A stretch of DNA of 64,000 nt from the human T2T-CHM13v2.0 reference genome, Homo sapiens: NCBI RefSeq assembly GCF_009914755.1, contig NC_060927.1; one strand, written 5' to 3'. Under the pieces are notes generated by a model. It ran no database searches and was not told where the DNA came from. It saw nothing but the letters and a program-made list of their open reading frames with translations. Both the position numbers and the translations under genes were made by a program. How positions within the stretch are numbered: position 1 is the first letter of the stretch; each line of letters starts with the position of its first letter. Shown here in pieces: positions 42,330-57,620 of the stretch.

Positions 42330-42862
42330 ATTCATTAAACCCCCTGCTTAAAACTCCTCAGTGACTTCTGATTTTACATAGACTAACACTTAAACTCCAG
42401 CTCCTATGTGGATTCCTATCTACCTCTGAAATCTCATTTCATGCCAGTCTTCCCTTCACTCTCAATACACCCCACATTGGCCTCCTTTTCCCACCTTACT
42501 GGGTCAAGTCCATTCTCACTGCAGGGACTTGGCACTTGCTGAGTCACTGCTTGGATTGTTATTTCTCTGGATCTTCACATAGCTGGCTCCATCTCATAAT
42601 TCGAATTCAACTCGCATGACCTTCCCAGATCACTATATCCTAAATAGTATTAAGCTACGTTTGTGTTATTCTCTACTCCTGTTTATTTTCTGTCTGGTCC
42701 TGAAATTACACTGTTTATTTGCTTGCTGGCTTTCTTGTCCCACTAGAATTTCACCTCCAAGAGCAGGGAGATATTGCTTTGTCCTGTTCACTGCTACATC
42801 CTCGTAGCCTGGGACAATGCACATAGTAGATACTCAGTGACTATTTGTCAAATGAATGTATG
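42330..42862 (+). mobile_element. L2 3' remnant
   Basis: ttgtcctgttcactgctacatcc...acatagtagatactcagtgactatttgtcaaatgaatg terminus. Confidence 0.8.
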
Positions 42863-42867
42863 TGTTG

Positions 42868-43496
<629 letters not shown>

Positions 43497-44264
43497 TAGA
43501 ACCCAATTTTCAATGTTCTCCCTCTACTCAGAGTTAAAACTCAATTTGTTGCTTGGAAGACAAGTTAATTTGCAGAAGACACATATCTCACTCTCTGTGA
43601 ATATCCTCATTGTCACCCCACAACTAGTTTAGAATCTCTGACATGGAGCGCATTCCTCTGAAAACACAAGACCCTTTGGAGACATCAGTCAAATGAAATT
43701 TAAGCCTCATTGACAAGCTAAGATGACTCTTACAGTGCTTCTTGAGGGAATGATTGTGTAGGTAGTGACTGCTGGAAGTGAAGGGCTCAGAGTCTGAGTG
43801 GGTTGATCCACATGTCACACAGATTGAAGCAGGTAGAGTTTTTTTTAATGCTAGGGAAATTTTGCTGAGATACTCTGTGTTCTAGCCAGGCATTCAGTAT
43901 AGGGGTGGTTCATTTGGGGCTCAAATAAGAGGATCAACTAACTGAAGCTTTAAATGGGTATCAAATGAAGGTAATTCCACTCTGACTTGCACGGTGAGCT
44001 ACAGAGTGGTAGTGACAGCAAATTTTCTAAACAGTATCATAATTTATAAGTCTCTTTTACATACTCATCATCTCTTTTGTTTCTTAGGGAAAATCTGTGA
44101 GGTTGGCCAAATGTAGTTATTGTACCTATTTCATATATGTGAAGATGAGACTCAAGATCCCATAATGAGTAAATAACCAGAACCTTGATTTGGAATCAAG
44201 ATCTTATAAGATCATCTTCTAGACATACTAATGTACCAATAACAGAGATATTGAAGAAGGCATT

Positions 44265-45520
<1,256 letters not shown>

Positions 45521-46734
45521 AGGGCAATTTGAGATACAAGAGATACAAATAATTTTGTGTCTCGTGCAAGCGTTTACTTTATTGTAGAAACAATTTTGAA
45601 AAAATGCAACCTGGAAAAAAATTATAAAATATTCAGACTATAAAGAATAAAGAAAACTATAATATGGTTAGAATGTCCACATTTTTATTTTTTCTTTAGT
45701 GTATATTCCTTGAATTTTTTTAGTATACATTCATGTAATGCTCTAACAAACTGGGGAGGCTGAGTTTTCAGGTAGAAGCTAGCAAAGAAGGAAAAGGCTT
45801 TGCTCTCTTTATTTCCATTCCCTAGACTTCATTTTGTAGACGATGGGCTCAATTATTCACAGCATCTTTTTATATCTAGCCTCGTAAAACTGTAAGGTGA
45901 ATCATTACAAAATTAATATTCAACAGGCTTTATATAACTCTGCTTAATTCAATGCATAACTCAGATTTTTATCACCCCAAGGCCTCTCAAGATCTATAAA
46001 TGCAACCAACTTAATAAGATACCATGTATTTTAACTCTAACATTACCTCAGCGACCTCCATACTGCACAACCACTAAGTTTAGACTAGATAACCAAATAG
46101 ACATCTATGACAGAAATGAACTGTATTTAAAATGTCAAGTCCTGCATGAAGACGTGCATGATGACAACGAAGATTGTGTTCTAACACATTTGTTTTGAGA
46201 ACCTTACAGTTTTGACTTTAAAAAGGAGCTTATTTTGCTTCCAGAGCACTAAGCTACAAGTATTTTGTGCCACATAACCCAAAAGAGTTGACTCTTAAAT
46301 AATCATCATTTGCCAGGAGGTGAAAAAGCGGATGAATGCATCTAGATATTATCTCCTAGCCCCCATTCAAATAAATGTGTATAACTTCCATCCTAAAAGG
46401 ACTCTTACAGATCATCCAGTCCTATGATCACATTTTCTGGACAAGGAACCAAGGCCCAGACAAGTGAAATTATCAGCCTGAGGTCAGACAACCAGCTAAA
46501 AAGACTGAGTGTGAAATCCAGGTCTTCTGAATCAGATTCTAAATTCTTAGTCTTGTGATTTTTTTTTTCCCCTAAGGCTTTTGTTTTGTTTGGTTTTCAA
46601 TGGTTATACAGGTTCAATGCAGAAATTTTGGAAAACCCAGAAAAGCACAAAGAAAAACTGTTAGACCAATTTTTAACAATTTAAAATTGTTAATCTCCAT
46701 ACTTTAAGACAATCACTCAAACTTTTAGTAGGGC

Positions 46735-47010
46735 ACTATGATACAGAAACTAAGAGGGCTGCTTCTGGAGTCATATATTTGGCTTCTTATCCTGACTCCT
46801 ATGCTTGACAAGCTTGTGGGCATGGAAGTTACTTTACCTTCCTCAGCCTCAGTTTCCCTGCCAGTAAAATGGGGAGAACAAGGTTCCTCAGCGTCAGTTT
46901 CCCTGCCAGTAAAATGGGGAGAACGAGGTCACTGATTTCTCAAGGTTGTGAGAATGAGGTGAGATGAAATTTGTAAAGCATCTCATACAATGCCTGCAGA
47001 CAATAATCAT
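46735..47010 (+). mobile_element. MIR SINE with 45-bp tandem duplication of the core
   Basis: cctcagtttccctgccagtaaaatgggga occurs twice. Confidence 0.85.
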
Positions 47011-47086
47011 TAGCCATCATGATTATATACTTTCAGACATTTATTTATGTTCACGTTTTTATGCTTTAAAAAAGTAAACCACTTCA

Positions 47087-47314
47087 GGCCAAATGTCGTG
47101 GCTCTTGCCTGTAATCCCAGCACTTTGGGAGGCCCAGGCAGGAGGATCACTTGAACCCAGGAATTAGAGATCAGCCTGAAAAGAATTAGCCAGGCATCAT
47201 GGCATGGGCCTGTAGTTTCAGCTACTTGGGAGACTGAGGTGGGAGGATCGCTTGAGCTCAGGTTCATTCCAGCCTGGGTGACAGAGTGAGACGCTGTCTC
47301 AAAAAAAAACAAAA
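47087..47314 (+). mobile_element. AluJ-type SINE with internal deletions
   Basis: About 225 bp; both arms shortened. Confidence 0.88.
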
Positions 47315-47316
47315 TA

Positions 47317-47731
<415 letters not shown>

Positions 47732-49199
47732 CTAAACTAAACTTTCCCAGAAAAGTCCAAATTTAAACAGTTATCTGAAGAGCCACACACTGGGGCTCTG
47801 ACTAATAAGAAGAAATTCCCACAACCCAGCTAATATCTCGAGTTTTAGATTATGTACAAGGCTGCGGCCATATCCTAATGATGACTTCTAGCAGAGCTTC
47901 AGAAAGAATGTGGCTCCCTCCTTCCACTCAGAGCCTCTGCTTCTCAGTGCTTCCAGGAACCAGCAGGGCCCCAGGGACCTTTCCACATCAGGGTAATATC
48001 AGAGGATGATGTGTGATTTTATCATAGCCAGGGTGGTGATTTCCAAGTAAAGTAGGGATGGTTTTTGAGAATAAAAACTGTCCTGCTGCGATCTCTTTTC
48101 TTCCTATCCTGCACCAAAACAAACAAACAAACAATAAACCACTACCTACATTTGTGAGACTCCAGAAAGAACTGTTGGCCTGGCAATGATCAGTGACTGA
48201 TGGATGATAGCTGTAGGAAGTGCTGTGATAAGGTTTATGAAGCTGTAGCCTGGATCAGTGGAAGAATATATTGTGATTGATCAGCAATGTCTGCAGTGGA
48301 AGGTGGAAACAGCACGGTGGTACACAGGCCATGGTGCTGTCCTCCCTGGTCTATTTTAATGTCTTCTCTTTATAGGTATGAAAAATAAGGTTTACAGCAA
48401 TGAGGTATCATGGCTTATCCACCCACAAGTGCAGAGACAGAACATGGCAAAGCTGAGACTAGCAACCATTCCTTATGGTTTGTAGCTCAGCAATCCTCTC
48501 ATGCCAAGATGCCTTTCTTCTCTGGTGGGTAAGATGGTTTACTTCTTATAACCACTAGGTGGTCCTGGCATGTTACAACCTATTCAGATCACTTCCATAA
48601 TGAAAAAATTATGCCAAGATAATTTAAAAAAACACCAGTCCCAGCTCTGTACTAAGGCCCTGGCAACAGCCAGCACACAGCTGTTATGAGGATGCATATT
48701 CTCTTTTGACAAAAGACAGGTGGCTGGTGGTGTCATGTTGGTCTGAGATAACATACTGTGCAGAAAGAGAGACAAGCAGGGAAGGAGAGATTTCTTTCCC
48801 AGACTCTCACATAAATGGATTTCTTCTTTGCATAATGGAGCTCTAAATAAATAAAATACAAAACAAATGTTTACAATATTATTGAGACACTGAGTTGTTC
48901 CTCTCCAGGAAAATGGAATTCAACACGAACTTTATAATGGTAGGAGGAAGAAGCATCATCATTTATTCCTTCATATGTTCACCAGATTATTTACTAAGTG
49001 CCAGCCATGTGCAAAGCACTAGGGATGCAACAGTGATCGGAAGAGAAATAGTTTATGTCCTCACATGAAGTCTACTGGGAAAGCTGGACTATTAACAAGC
49101 ATTGTAATAAGTGTGTATATACAAAGAAGAAGACAGTATTGAGGAAGCAACTGGGCAGAGGTGAAGGATCAACAGGATTGGCATGCTTAAGTAGAAAGG

Positions 49200-49430
49200 G
49201 CATGTGATTTGGAGCTGGTCAAAAGCGAAAACTTTTCTTGCCACTTACCGAGTGGGTGACCTTGAGCAAGTCATTTAGACTTTCTACCCCAATTTCCTTA
49301 TCTGTGAAACAAAGCTAATAATTTCTACCCTGTCAGGATTATGCTAGGTATTGAGTTAAAGTTTATTAAGTTCCCAGGGAAGCCTGGCACAGAGTATGAG
49401 TTCAACACATATTTGTCAAGTGAATGAAAG
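49200..49430 (+). mobile_element. MIR SINE
   Basis: gccacttaccgagtgggtgaccttgagcaagtcattt...aatttccttatctgtgaaa. Confidence 0.75.
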
Positions 49431-49609
49431 AATCATTATCAAATACACATTGGATCTCTAATAGAAAAAGTGACACTTGGGCAGAGACTGATGAAACAGA
49501 GAGAAACTAGACATTAGTCTTGTCTTATACCTATTTAGAGACTGAGAATATATAGCAAATAGCAAATTCATAAAGAAGCACATTTCATGTGGCTAGGTCA
49601 GGAAGTACT

Positions 49610-49945
49610 CTACAACAGAACTGTCTAGCAGAAACATAACGTGGGTCACAAATGACAGGCACATGTATAATTTTCAGATTTCTGCAGCCACATTAATAAA
49701 AGTAAGAGAGAAAAACAGAATAAGTTTAGCAATATATTTAACCCAACATAGCCAAAACATTATTATTTTACATATAGCTGACGTAAGTTTATTGATACAA
49801 TATTTTGCATTCTATTTTTCGTACTAAGCCTTCAAAATCCAGTGTGTGCTTTATATTTACACTACATCTCAATTTGGCCTTGCCATGTTTCAGATGCTCA
49901 GTTGCCATGTGTGGCTAATGGCTTCCATACTGGACAACACAATTC
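49610..49945. mobile_element. MER33-like hAT-Charlie MITE
   Basis: ttcgtactaagccttcaaaatccagtgtgtgctttatatttacactacatctcaatttgg...ccatactggacaacac. Confidence 0.82.
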
Positions 49946-51109
49946 CAGAAGTGTGGGGATGGGAGAGTTTATTGAAGACACAGGCAGTCAGGTGGGCTTA
50001 GGGAAGAGATGAAGAGATGGGCTTGAGTAGATGGCCATTAAAAGACCTGATTTGGTGTTTTTAAAAGCTGTATCTATGTACAGTGCCTTGTGTTGCAGCA
50101 CCTTATAGAAGCCTCTTGCATCTGGCTGGCTCTGTGTCAGGGACCTTCTGAATCTACTTCTGGTGCAGGGGTCATATTCTTGCATTTGGTCCTTACTCTC
50201 TGATGGCACCTTCAGACTCTCAGACTGTACTTTGCTTCCTGGTACCCTCTGACTTGGCACCGTGCATAGCGCCAGGCACCTGGAAAGCACATGTATGTAA
50301 AAGCAGATTTCTTGGCTGCATAATGCAGCTCTAAATAAATAAAATACAAAGTGATGCCTGGAGCTAGCCAAACTCTGGCTCTCAAAGCTGCTAGGGCTAT
50401 CAGAGTTGTCCTCTAGCCTAGGGAGACACACAGAGTTACAAGCTTAAAAAATCCCAGGAATATTCCCAGTAGAAAACCAATCTCAGCATGGCTTCCCAGT
50501 GGGGGAGAGATGGGCACATGGCCTGGCTGGGGTGCATGGCATTTGGCAGAGAGGAATTGGAAAAAGGAGGAGATGATTATCTGACGCTTTGAGAGCAGGT
50601 CCTGGCCAAGTGCATTCTCTAAGGTGAAATGGAGTAAGGAAATCCATGTAGCCAAGAAAAGTGCAGTGATGTGTACCAGAAAGAAATTCAGATGATGGAT
50701 AAAGGATGAGTGAGAAAAATGGATGTGAAAGGAGGGAGGCAGAAGCCTAGAAAACAAGAGTCCCCATAAGAACTTGGTATCTCCTCACTTAAGCAAGCAT
50801 TGATGTGTCCCCCGCACTGGGACCCAAGCTGGATCACAGTGGTGGGCTGCACCCATGTTTGCCTCCTCCTCAGGCCTATACCATCCCACAGCCCAGGACA
50901 ATCAAATAAATAAGAGAAGTAGATTGGATGAGGAGGCAGAACACATTCTCCTGCTGTATCCCCAGCGATAACAGTAACAATGAAGAAGGAGGAATTTCTG
51001 AGTGGGCTGTAATTTCTGTTCAATAGTATCATCAAAGGAACTCCTGTCCCATGTGTAGAAGGAGATACTCACTCCCTGACTTTACCCAACTAACAGCAAG
51101 TAGGAACGT

Positions 51110-52536
51110 TGGGAGGTGACAGCGTGCTGGCAGCCCTCGCTTGCTCTCTGCCCCTCCTCGGCCTCAGTGCCCACTCTGGCCGCACTTGAGGAGCACTTCA
51201 GCCAGCTGCTGCACCGTGGGAGCCCCTCTCTCTGGGCTGGTTGAGGCCAGAGCCACTCCCTCTGCTTGCTGGGAGGTGTGGAGGAAGAGGTGCAAGTGGG
51301 AACCAGGGCTGTGCGCCACACTCACGGGCCAGCGCCAGTTCCAGGTGGGGTGGGCTCGGCAGGCCCTGCACTCCCAGCAGCTGGCCGGCGCCACCGGCCC
51401 CAGGCAGTGAGGGGCTTAGCACCCAGGCCAGCAGCTGCGGAGGGTGTGCCGGGTCCCCCAGCACTGCCGGCCCGCCCACGCCACACTCTAATTCTGGCCA
51501 GGCCTCAGCCACCTCCCCGAGGGGCAGGGCTTGGGACTGCAGCCCACCATGCCTGAGCCCCGCAGTGGGCTCTGGTGCAGCCAGAGCCTCCCCAAAGGGC
51601 ACCACCCCCTGCTCTGTGGCACCAGGTCCCATCAACTGCTAAAGGGCTGAGGAGGGCAGGCGCACCATGCAGGACTGGCGGGCACCTCCGCCCGTGGCCC
51701 CTGCGCGGGATCCACTAGGGAAGTCAGCTGGACTCCTAAATCGGGTGGGGACTTGGAGAACTTTCATGTCTAGCCGGAGGATTGTGTATGCGCCCATCAG
51801 CATTCTGTGTCTAGCTTGGAGTTCGTGGGTACAACACTCAGCACTCTAAATCTAGCTAATCTGGTGGGGACTTGGAGAACCTTTATGTCTAGCTAAAGGA
51901 TTGTAAATACACCAATCAGCACTCTGTGTCTAGCTCAGGGATTGTAAATGCACCAATCAGCACCCTATCAAAATGGACCAATCAGCTCTCTGTAAAACAG
52001 ACCAATCAGCTCTCTGTAAAATGGACCAATCAGCTCCCTGTAAAATGGGCCAATCAGCAGGATGTGGGTGGGGTCAGCTAAGGGAATAAAAGCAGGCTGC
52101 CAGAGGCCACAGCAGTGATAGGTTCAGGTCTGTTTACATAACGTGGGAGGTTTGTTCTTTCGCTCTTTGCAATAAATTTTTGCAGTTGCTTGTTATTTGG
52201 GTCTGCACTGCCTTTATGAGCTGTAACACTCACGGCAAAGGTCTGCAGCTTCTCATCTGAGAACAGTGAGACCACGAATGCACCAGGAGGAATGAACAAC
52301 TCCAGACATGCCACCTTGAGAGCTGTAAGGCTCACCGTGAAGGTCTGCAGCTTCCCTTCTGAAGCCAGCGAGACCATTAACCGGTAAGAAGGAAGAAACT
52401 ACGAACACGTCCGACGGAACATCAGAAGGAACAAACCCTGGATGCACCATCTTTAAGAACTGTAATGCTCACTGCGAGGGTCCGTGGCTTCATTCTTGAA
52501 GTCAGTGAGACCAAAAACCCACCAATTTTGGGCACA
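51110..52536 (+). mobile_element. LTR12-family (ERV9) solo LTR, about 1.43 kb
   Basis: Starts tgggaggtgacagcgtgctggcag, ends acccaccaattttgggcaca; GC-rich U3, tandem ccaatcagc units, AATAAA at about 52171; 4-bp TSD acgt/aggt. Confidence 0.95.
51900..52100 (+). promoter_or_regulatory. LTR12 U3 promoter: clustered CCAAT (NF-Y) boxes and gaataaaa TATA-like box
   Basis: Six ccaatcag units between about 51910 and 52058; gggaataaaagc at about 52082-52093. Confidence 0.65.
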
Positions 52537-53632
52537 AGGTGACCCCAAGTGTGGCTAGGTGTTTTAATTTTTCCAAAGTTTTAACTATGAATTTTATGCA
52601 ACACTTTGTAATTCCAATTTTTTAATGTCTTTAACTATGTTAATAAATTTTTAAACATTGTGCTGGCTCCCACTGTGTGAGTCAAAGAAAACAGACCACA
52701 GGGCTGGCAGCTTGAGACTTCTACTCTAGGTTCAGGATCCTGTTCCACCATCACCTGGCCATTTGTAGCTTCTCAGTTCCATTTTGTTCTGAGGCTTAAA
52801 TCAGAACCACTTGCCATCAGTTCCATTTTGCTTTGAGGCTTAATTCAGATTATGCACATCAAGGACTTAGTTTAGTTTCTGGCACGTGGTGAAGGCGGTT
52901 AATAACTGGTGCCGAGTATCTCTAAAGAACTTGTGAGCTTTCCATCACTTATATAGGGATTGAATCACAGGATGCCCCCAGAGACAAAACATCTGAAACA
53001 GGGCTCCCTACCTCTTCCTTTCTGCTTCACAGCCAAGGTGTATGACACTTTCATTTCACTTTGTCAATTCATGAAACTCAAAGTGTTTGCACAAAGAAAG
53101 TAAGAAAAAAAACGCCGACCGAGGTAGAAGTGTAAGTTGATGTAAGTTTTCGAGAAAGCAGTTTGATCATGCTTAGCAAAAGACTAAAAAAATTCATATG
53201 CCTTTTGACTCAGCTATTCCATTTCAAGGAATTTACCCTAAGGAAAAAATGATGGTTTTTCATAAAGCCTTAGTCCCAAAAATGTTTGACAGTGCAGTCT
53301 ATAATAGAAGCAATTAAGGAAATTAAATGCCCGTAAAGGAGAGATTGGTTGCAAAAGTTATGCTACACTAGAAAGCTGATTTTTCTCCATCACAGCCCCC
53401 TCATTACTTTCAGAGCACTTACTATGTTAATCGTGTCTCCTGCAGTAAACTCCAGGAAAGCAGGGTCCTTGTCTGTCTTGTTCGCCATTGTATACACCAC
53501 TGTCTATGAGCTGGCACACAACAGACACTAATGAATATTTAAATACATACAAGACAGTTTACGTAGTATGATTCCATTTTTGTAAAAAAAAAAAAAAAAA
53601 GCATATGTCTGTACATTATTAGTGCTTTCCTC

Positions 53633-53838
53633 TAGATGGGGTCAGCAAACTAGTTCCTGGACTGGCTAAATAAAGTTTTATTGGAGCACAGCCACACTCT
53701 TTCTTTTACATGTTGTCTATGGCTGCTTTCATACTAAAATGGCGCAGCTGAGTAGCTGCAACACAGTCCATGTTGCCCACAAAGCTAAAAATATTCATTA
53801 TGTGGCCCTGTAGAGAAAAAGTTTGCAGACTCCTGCTT
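53633..53838. mobile_element. MER58A-like MITE
   Basis: gggtcagcaaacta...taaataaagttttattggagcacagccacac...gaaaaagtttgcagactcctg. Confidence 0.85.
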
Positions 53839-53871
53839 TAAATGGTAGGAGTTCGTTTTGTGCAGTCTAAT

Positions 53872-53910
53872 TCACATACACACACACAAACGTGTGTGTG
53901 TGTGTATATA
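53872..53910. repeat. (AC)n-(GT)n self-complementary microsatellite
   Basis: cacatacacacacacaaacgtgtgtgtgtgtgtat. Confidence 0.85.
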
Positions 53911-54659
53911 TTTAACAATGAACATGTATTACTTTTATAACCAGAAAAAGTTAAAGTTATTTTTGCAAAAGAAAGACATGAATGAAGGAACAAAGAAAAA
54001 AGAAAAGAAAGGAGGGAATTATTTATTCATGTTTACCAATACAGAAAAATGTCCACAGCAAGCAAAAATTTTAAGTATTGTATGAACAGGATGGTTATAT
54101 TTTTGTAATGTCTGGATACAGGACTGAAAGGAAAAAAAGGTTAGCATGGCTGTATCTGGGTAAGGGAACTACAAATGGCTTTTATTTCCTTCTTTGTTCT
54201 TTGTTGTATTTTCTCAATTTTCCATAATAAACATGCTTTACTTTTGTAATAAGAAAGAGAGAAAATAAGTGATATTGAAGATAGAGAAAATAAAATATTA
54301 GTCTACATAAAAAGCAACAATGTTTCTACCAGTCTTTGAACATCTACTTGGGGTCCTGGGAGTGTGTCCCTTTGGGCACACTGCTTGTCATTACTGCACT
54401 CCACTAAAATGGTAACATGGCCGAGGTCGAAGTGTTAAAATCTTGTGCCACGTTTGTTTTCCCTAAATTATTTATGGTGTCCTCCAAACAGAATGGATGT
54501 TTTTCTTTATATTAAAAAATTTTTTTAAAGTCCACTGAATTGTTTCTGAAGCACAGTTTACCGTTCTATCTAGATTAGAAAATATATTTAGAAAAGAAGT
54601 TTTCTGGCTTAGTAGCCGACCCTTGCGCCCACAATCACATTTCCCTAATTTCAGCCTTA

Positions 54660-54985
54660 GCTGAGGTTGACGGTTCTAGCAATATGGACAGCTCTCACCT
54701 CATTCTTCCACCATTTGTCTCTCTGCTTTTAGGAGGAGGTAACACCCCCAGGGGCAGCTCTCAACAATGGGGAGCATGGATAAATACCCCAGCCTCTGGG
54801 CTGCAGAGTTGGCAGAAAGGAGCCCCTGGTGCCCATAGAAGCCATCTTTCTTGGCTTTTCTCCCTCTCTTGTTCACTCTCTCCACTTCTTTCTCTTGCTT
54901 CCTGGGAATCTCCTCTCCCAAACTAGCTTCCTGCACCCAAGATCCTGTTTCAGGTTCTGCTTTGGAGGAACTCACACTAAAAGAG
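54660..54985 (+). mobile_element. ERVL LTR (LTR16-like) remnant
   Basis: ggataaataccccagcctc...cttcctgggaatc...cctgtttcaggttctgctttggaggaactcacactaa. Confidence 0.6.
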
Positions 54986-56419
54986 TTTGTAAGCAAATGG
55001 CAAATTAATAACAAAATTTACACCACAGAGCCCAGAAAGTGCTCATAGATGGAGTCAAATAGAGCTCATTAGCTTCTAGGATACATGTGCTCATTATATG
55101 ACTATTGACTAGATTTTTACATTGGGTCATGTGGGCTGGGTATACGATGGTGAACTAGATAGACACAGTCTATGCTCACAGAGCATGAGGCATTAAACAA
55201 CGATTATGCAAATCATATTAACAGAAAGGACAGGAAAGATGGGAAAATATAGGAAAAACTAGTCTAGTCTGAGATTTAGCATGGATTTCTGAGAAGACAA
55301 CATTTAAACTGGGTCTTAAAGTAGAGGTTAGCCAAAAAGTAGGGAAGAGCTACAATGTGTCCTCAACGTACAAAGACTGAACATGGAAGGTGGACATTTG
55401 ATGGGCTAATTAACCATGTTACAGGATTTGAAGATTTCAAAAAATATAGCCAGCCAAATTCTCCTCTTTCATCTGACATGGTTAAATATCCCATGAGCAG
55501 AATAAGTGTTTGGATACCTTCAGGGTATTAATTACTGAGAAGACCAGAGTTGGCCATTATGATTCAAACATGGCTTAGAAAAACACGCTTGTAATCAGAG
55601 CCAGTGTATTGGTAGATTCTACTCTTATTACCTGGGTAGAATGTGGGTCTTCCATGAGGTGGCAAAAAAACAGTCTAACCTTGAAGCTGATGGGCTGCTT
55701 AAAAAAAAAAAAAAAAAAAAAAAAGGAGTCTAATTTGCTCCAAAGACCCACCACTTCGGATTCACAAAGATGTCACTTAAAATTGGTTTGAAGAACACCT
55801 GCCTGCTGACTCACTCTGAAATGGGAAATCAACTCAGAAGAATCTGATCCTTACAAACCTCTAGGGCACACATGCTTCCTGAGACTCTGAGTCTGCTTAA
55901 CTTCCTCCTAAACACACAGTGCTTTATGTGCTAACAAAATGCAATAAATACACCGTTGGTACTTCCATGTTTATGATCCACTGCCTTTTTTCTTGCAGCA
56001 ATCTTGTAAGAATTTAACTTCATAGTTTTATTATTCTCACTGCATACTAATACTTCAAACATTTCAGTAAATTATGGTTCTCTGCTTCCTACTTCAGAAT
56101 CATTGAACTGATTTAATGAGCTCTGTCTAATTATTGCATTTCACCTTTCTTATTAAAGTGCAGCAGTGCTTTGGCTGAAATAGCTGGTAATAGCTCAAAT
56201 ACTCAGAAAGGAAAAAAATGAGGATGGATAATGCAGGACTCACTACAGCTCATTTTATGCTAGATATAATTTTTAAGAATATATAGATATATGTACACCT
56301 TAATCCACTCATACATTCATTACATATTTTTAAAATGCCTGTATGTGCTACCCACTTGTGAAAGATACCAGAACAGATTTAATGGTGCTTTCTTAGATTG
56401 GCACCTTTCTATCGAGGGC

Positions 56420-56670
56420 ATAAAACACACTGATTAAAAACTCTGGAACCAGACTGCATATATTGAAATCTTGGCTTCACCATTAGCCATGTGACCTTGG
56501 GCAAAACAATGAACCAATCCGTGCCTCGGTTTTCCCATCTGTAAAATGAGAGTTAAAGTATTAATAGCATGTACCTCCACAGGACTGTTGTGGGCATTAA
56601 ATTAGTCAGTACATACATAACATGTCAAAAGACTACCAGGAGCATAACAGGCACTTGGTAATTGTTACCT
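56420..56670 (+). mobile_element. MIR SINE
   Basis: ccatgtgaccttgggcaa...gtgcctcggttttcccatctgtaaaatg. Confidence 0.85.
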
Positions 56671-57424
56671 CTTTTGTGTTCCATATTGAATTGTGCTTGT
56701 CTGTAACAAACTCACAGCAACTGTAGGTGTCTCTATCTACTTATCTATTTAATTAGTTATCCATTATTTATTTTTATTTACTGTTTACCTCCATCAAATT
56801 ATAGGATACATGAAAAGACAGACTAAATGCCCAGTGCCTGGCATTGTGCTTGGTTTATAGTAAGGCACTAGTAAATGTTTATTGAATGAATGAACCAAGG
56901 AATAAATGATTCTCTGTCAGCACGCACGACCCCTCTCATTCCCCACAGCCTTTCGCTTCAGAGATTTCCATCACACATGTCTATCAAATGCCATTTGTTG
57001 GAAATTCCACATGGCTTTATACTCAGATGGTGCCCGTGATAAAGGGAAGGCATTCTGGCATGCGTGAAAGTTACGATGCCAGATGACAAGCCAATTCACT
57101 GCATTATTCATCATCACATGTTGTTGGCCAGAGAACCGACTGCTGTCTGCTGAGCCCCACAATGGTCAAGTGAAGAGGCTGATTTTTAACAGAAGGTAGT
57201 AGCATCTTTAGAGAGACACGGTGATGCGGTAGGAAGATGAGGTTTAAAAAGTGAGATGTTCCTCAGTCTTGTCTCGGCTTAGCAAGGCTGGGCAAGTCAC
57301 TTCACTCTTTGGGGCTCTTGGATTACCGTATTTGTAAATGGAGGACACAAATTGTCATCAGTAATTCCCAAACTGGTTGCACACCAGAATCTTCTGGAAA
57401 GCGTTTTAAAATATAGTTTGTTTT

Positions 57425-57620
57425 TGGCTAGCGGGAGGCAAATTTTTAATATAAAGTGCCAGATATTCCAGGTTTTACAGGCTGTATGATCTCTGTCACA
57501 ACTACTCAGACTTGACTCTGCCATTACTTAACCAAAGCAACCATAGACAATATGGAAACAAATGGGTGTGTCTGGATTTGACCAGGTTACCCACAGCACA
57601 CAGCTTCCTGAGCCCTCCTC
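57425..57620. mobile_element. MER58-like MITE inserted in MER5-like/MIR sequence
   Basis: gatctctgtcacaactactca...aaagcaaccatagacaatatggaaacaaatgggtgtg. Confidence 0.65.

Noticed and set aside
51082-51849. Several overlapping Pro/Ala/Gly-rich ORFs
   Set aside because: By-product of the GC-rich LTR12 U3
51790-52060. Regularly spaced short repeats that superficially resemble a CRISPR array
   Set aside because: These are the known tandem CCAAT-containing U3 units of LTR12; eukaryotic context, no unique spacers
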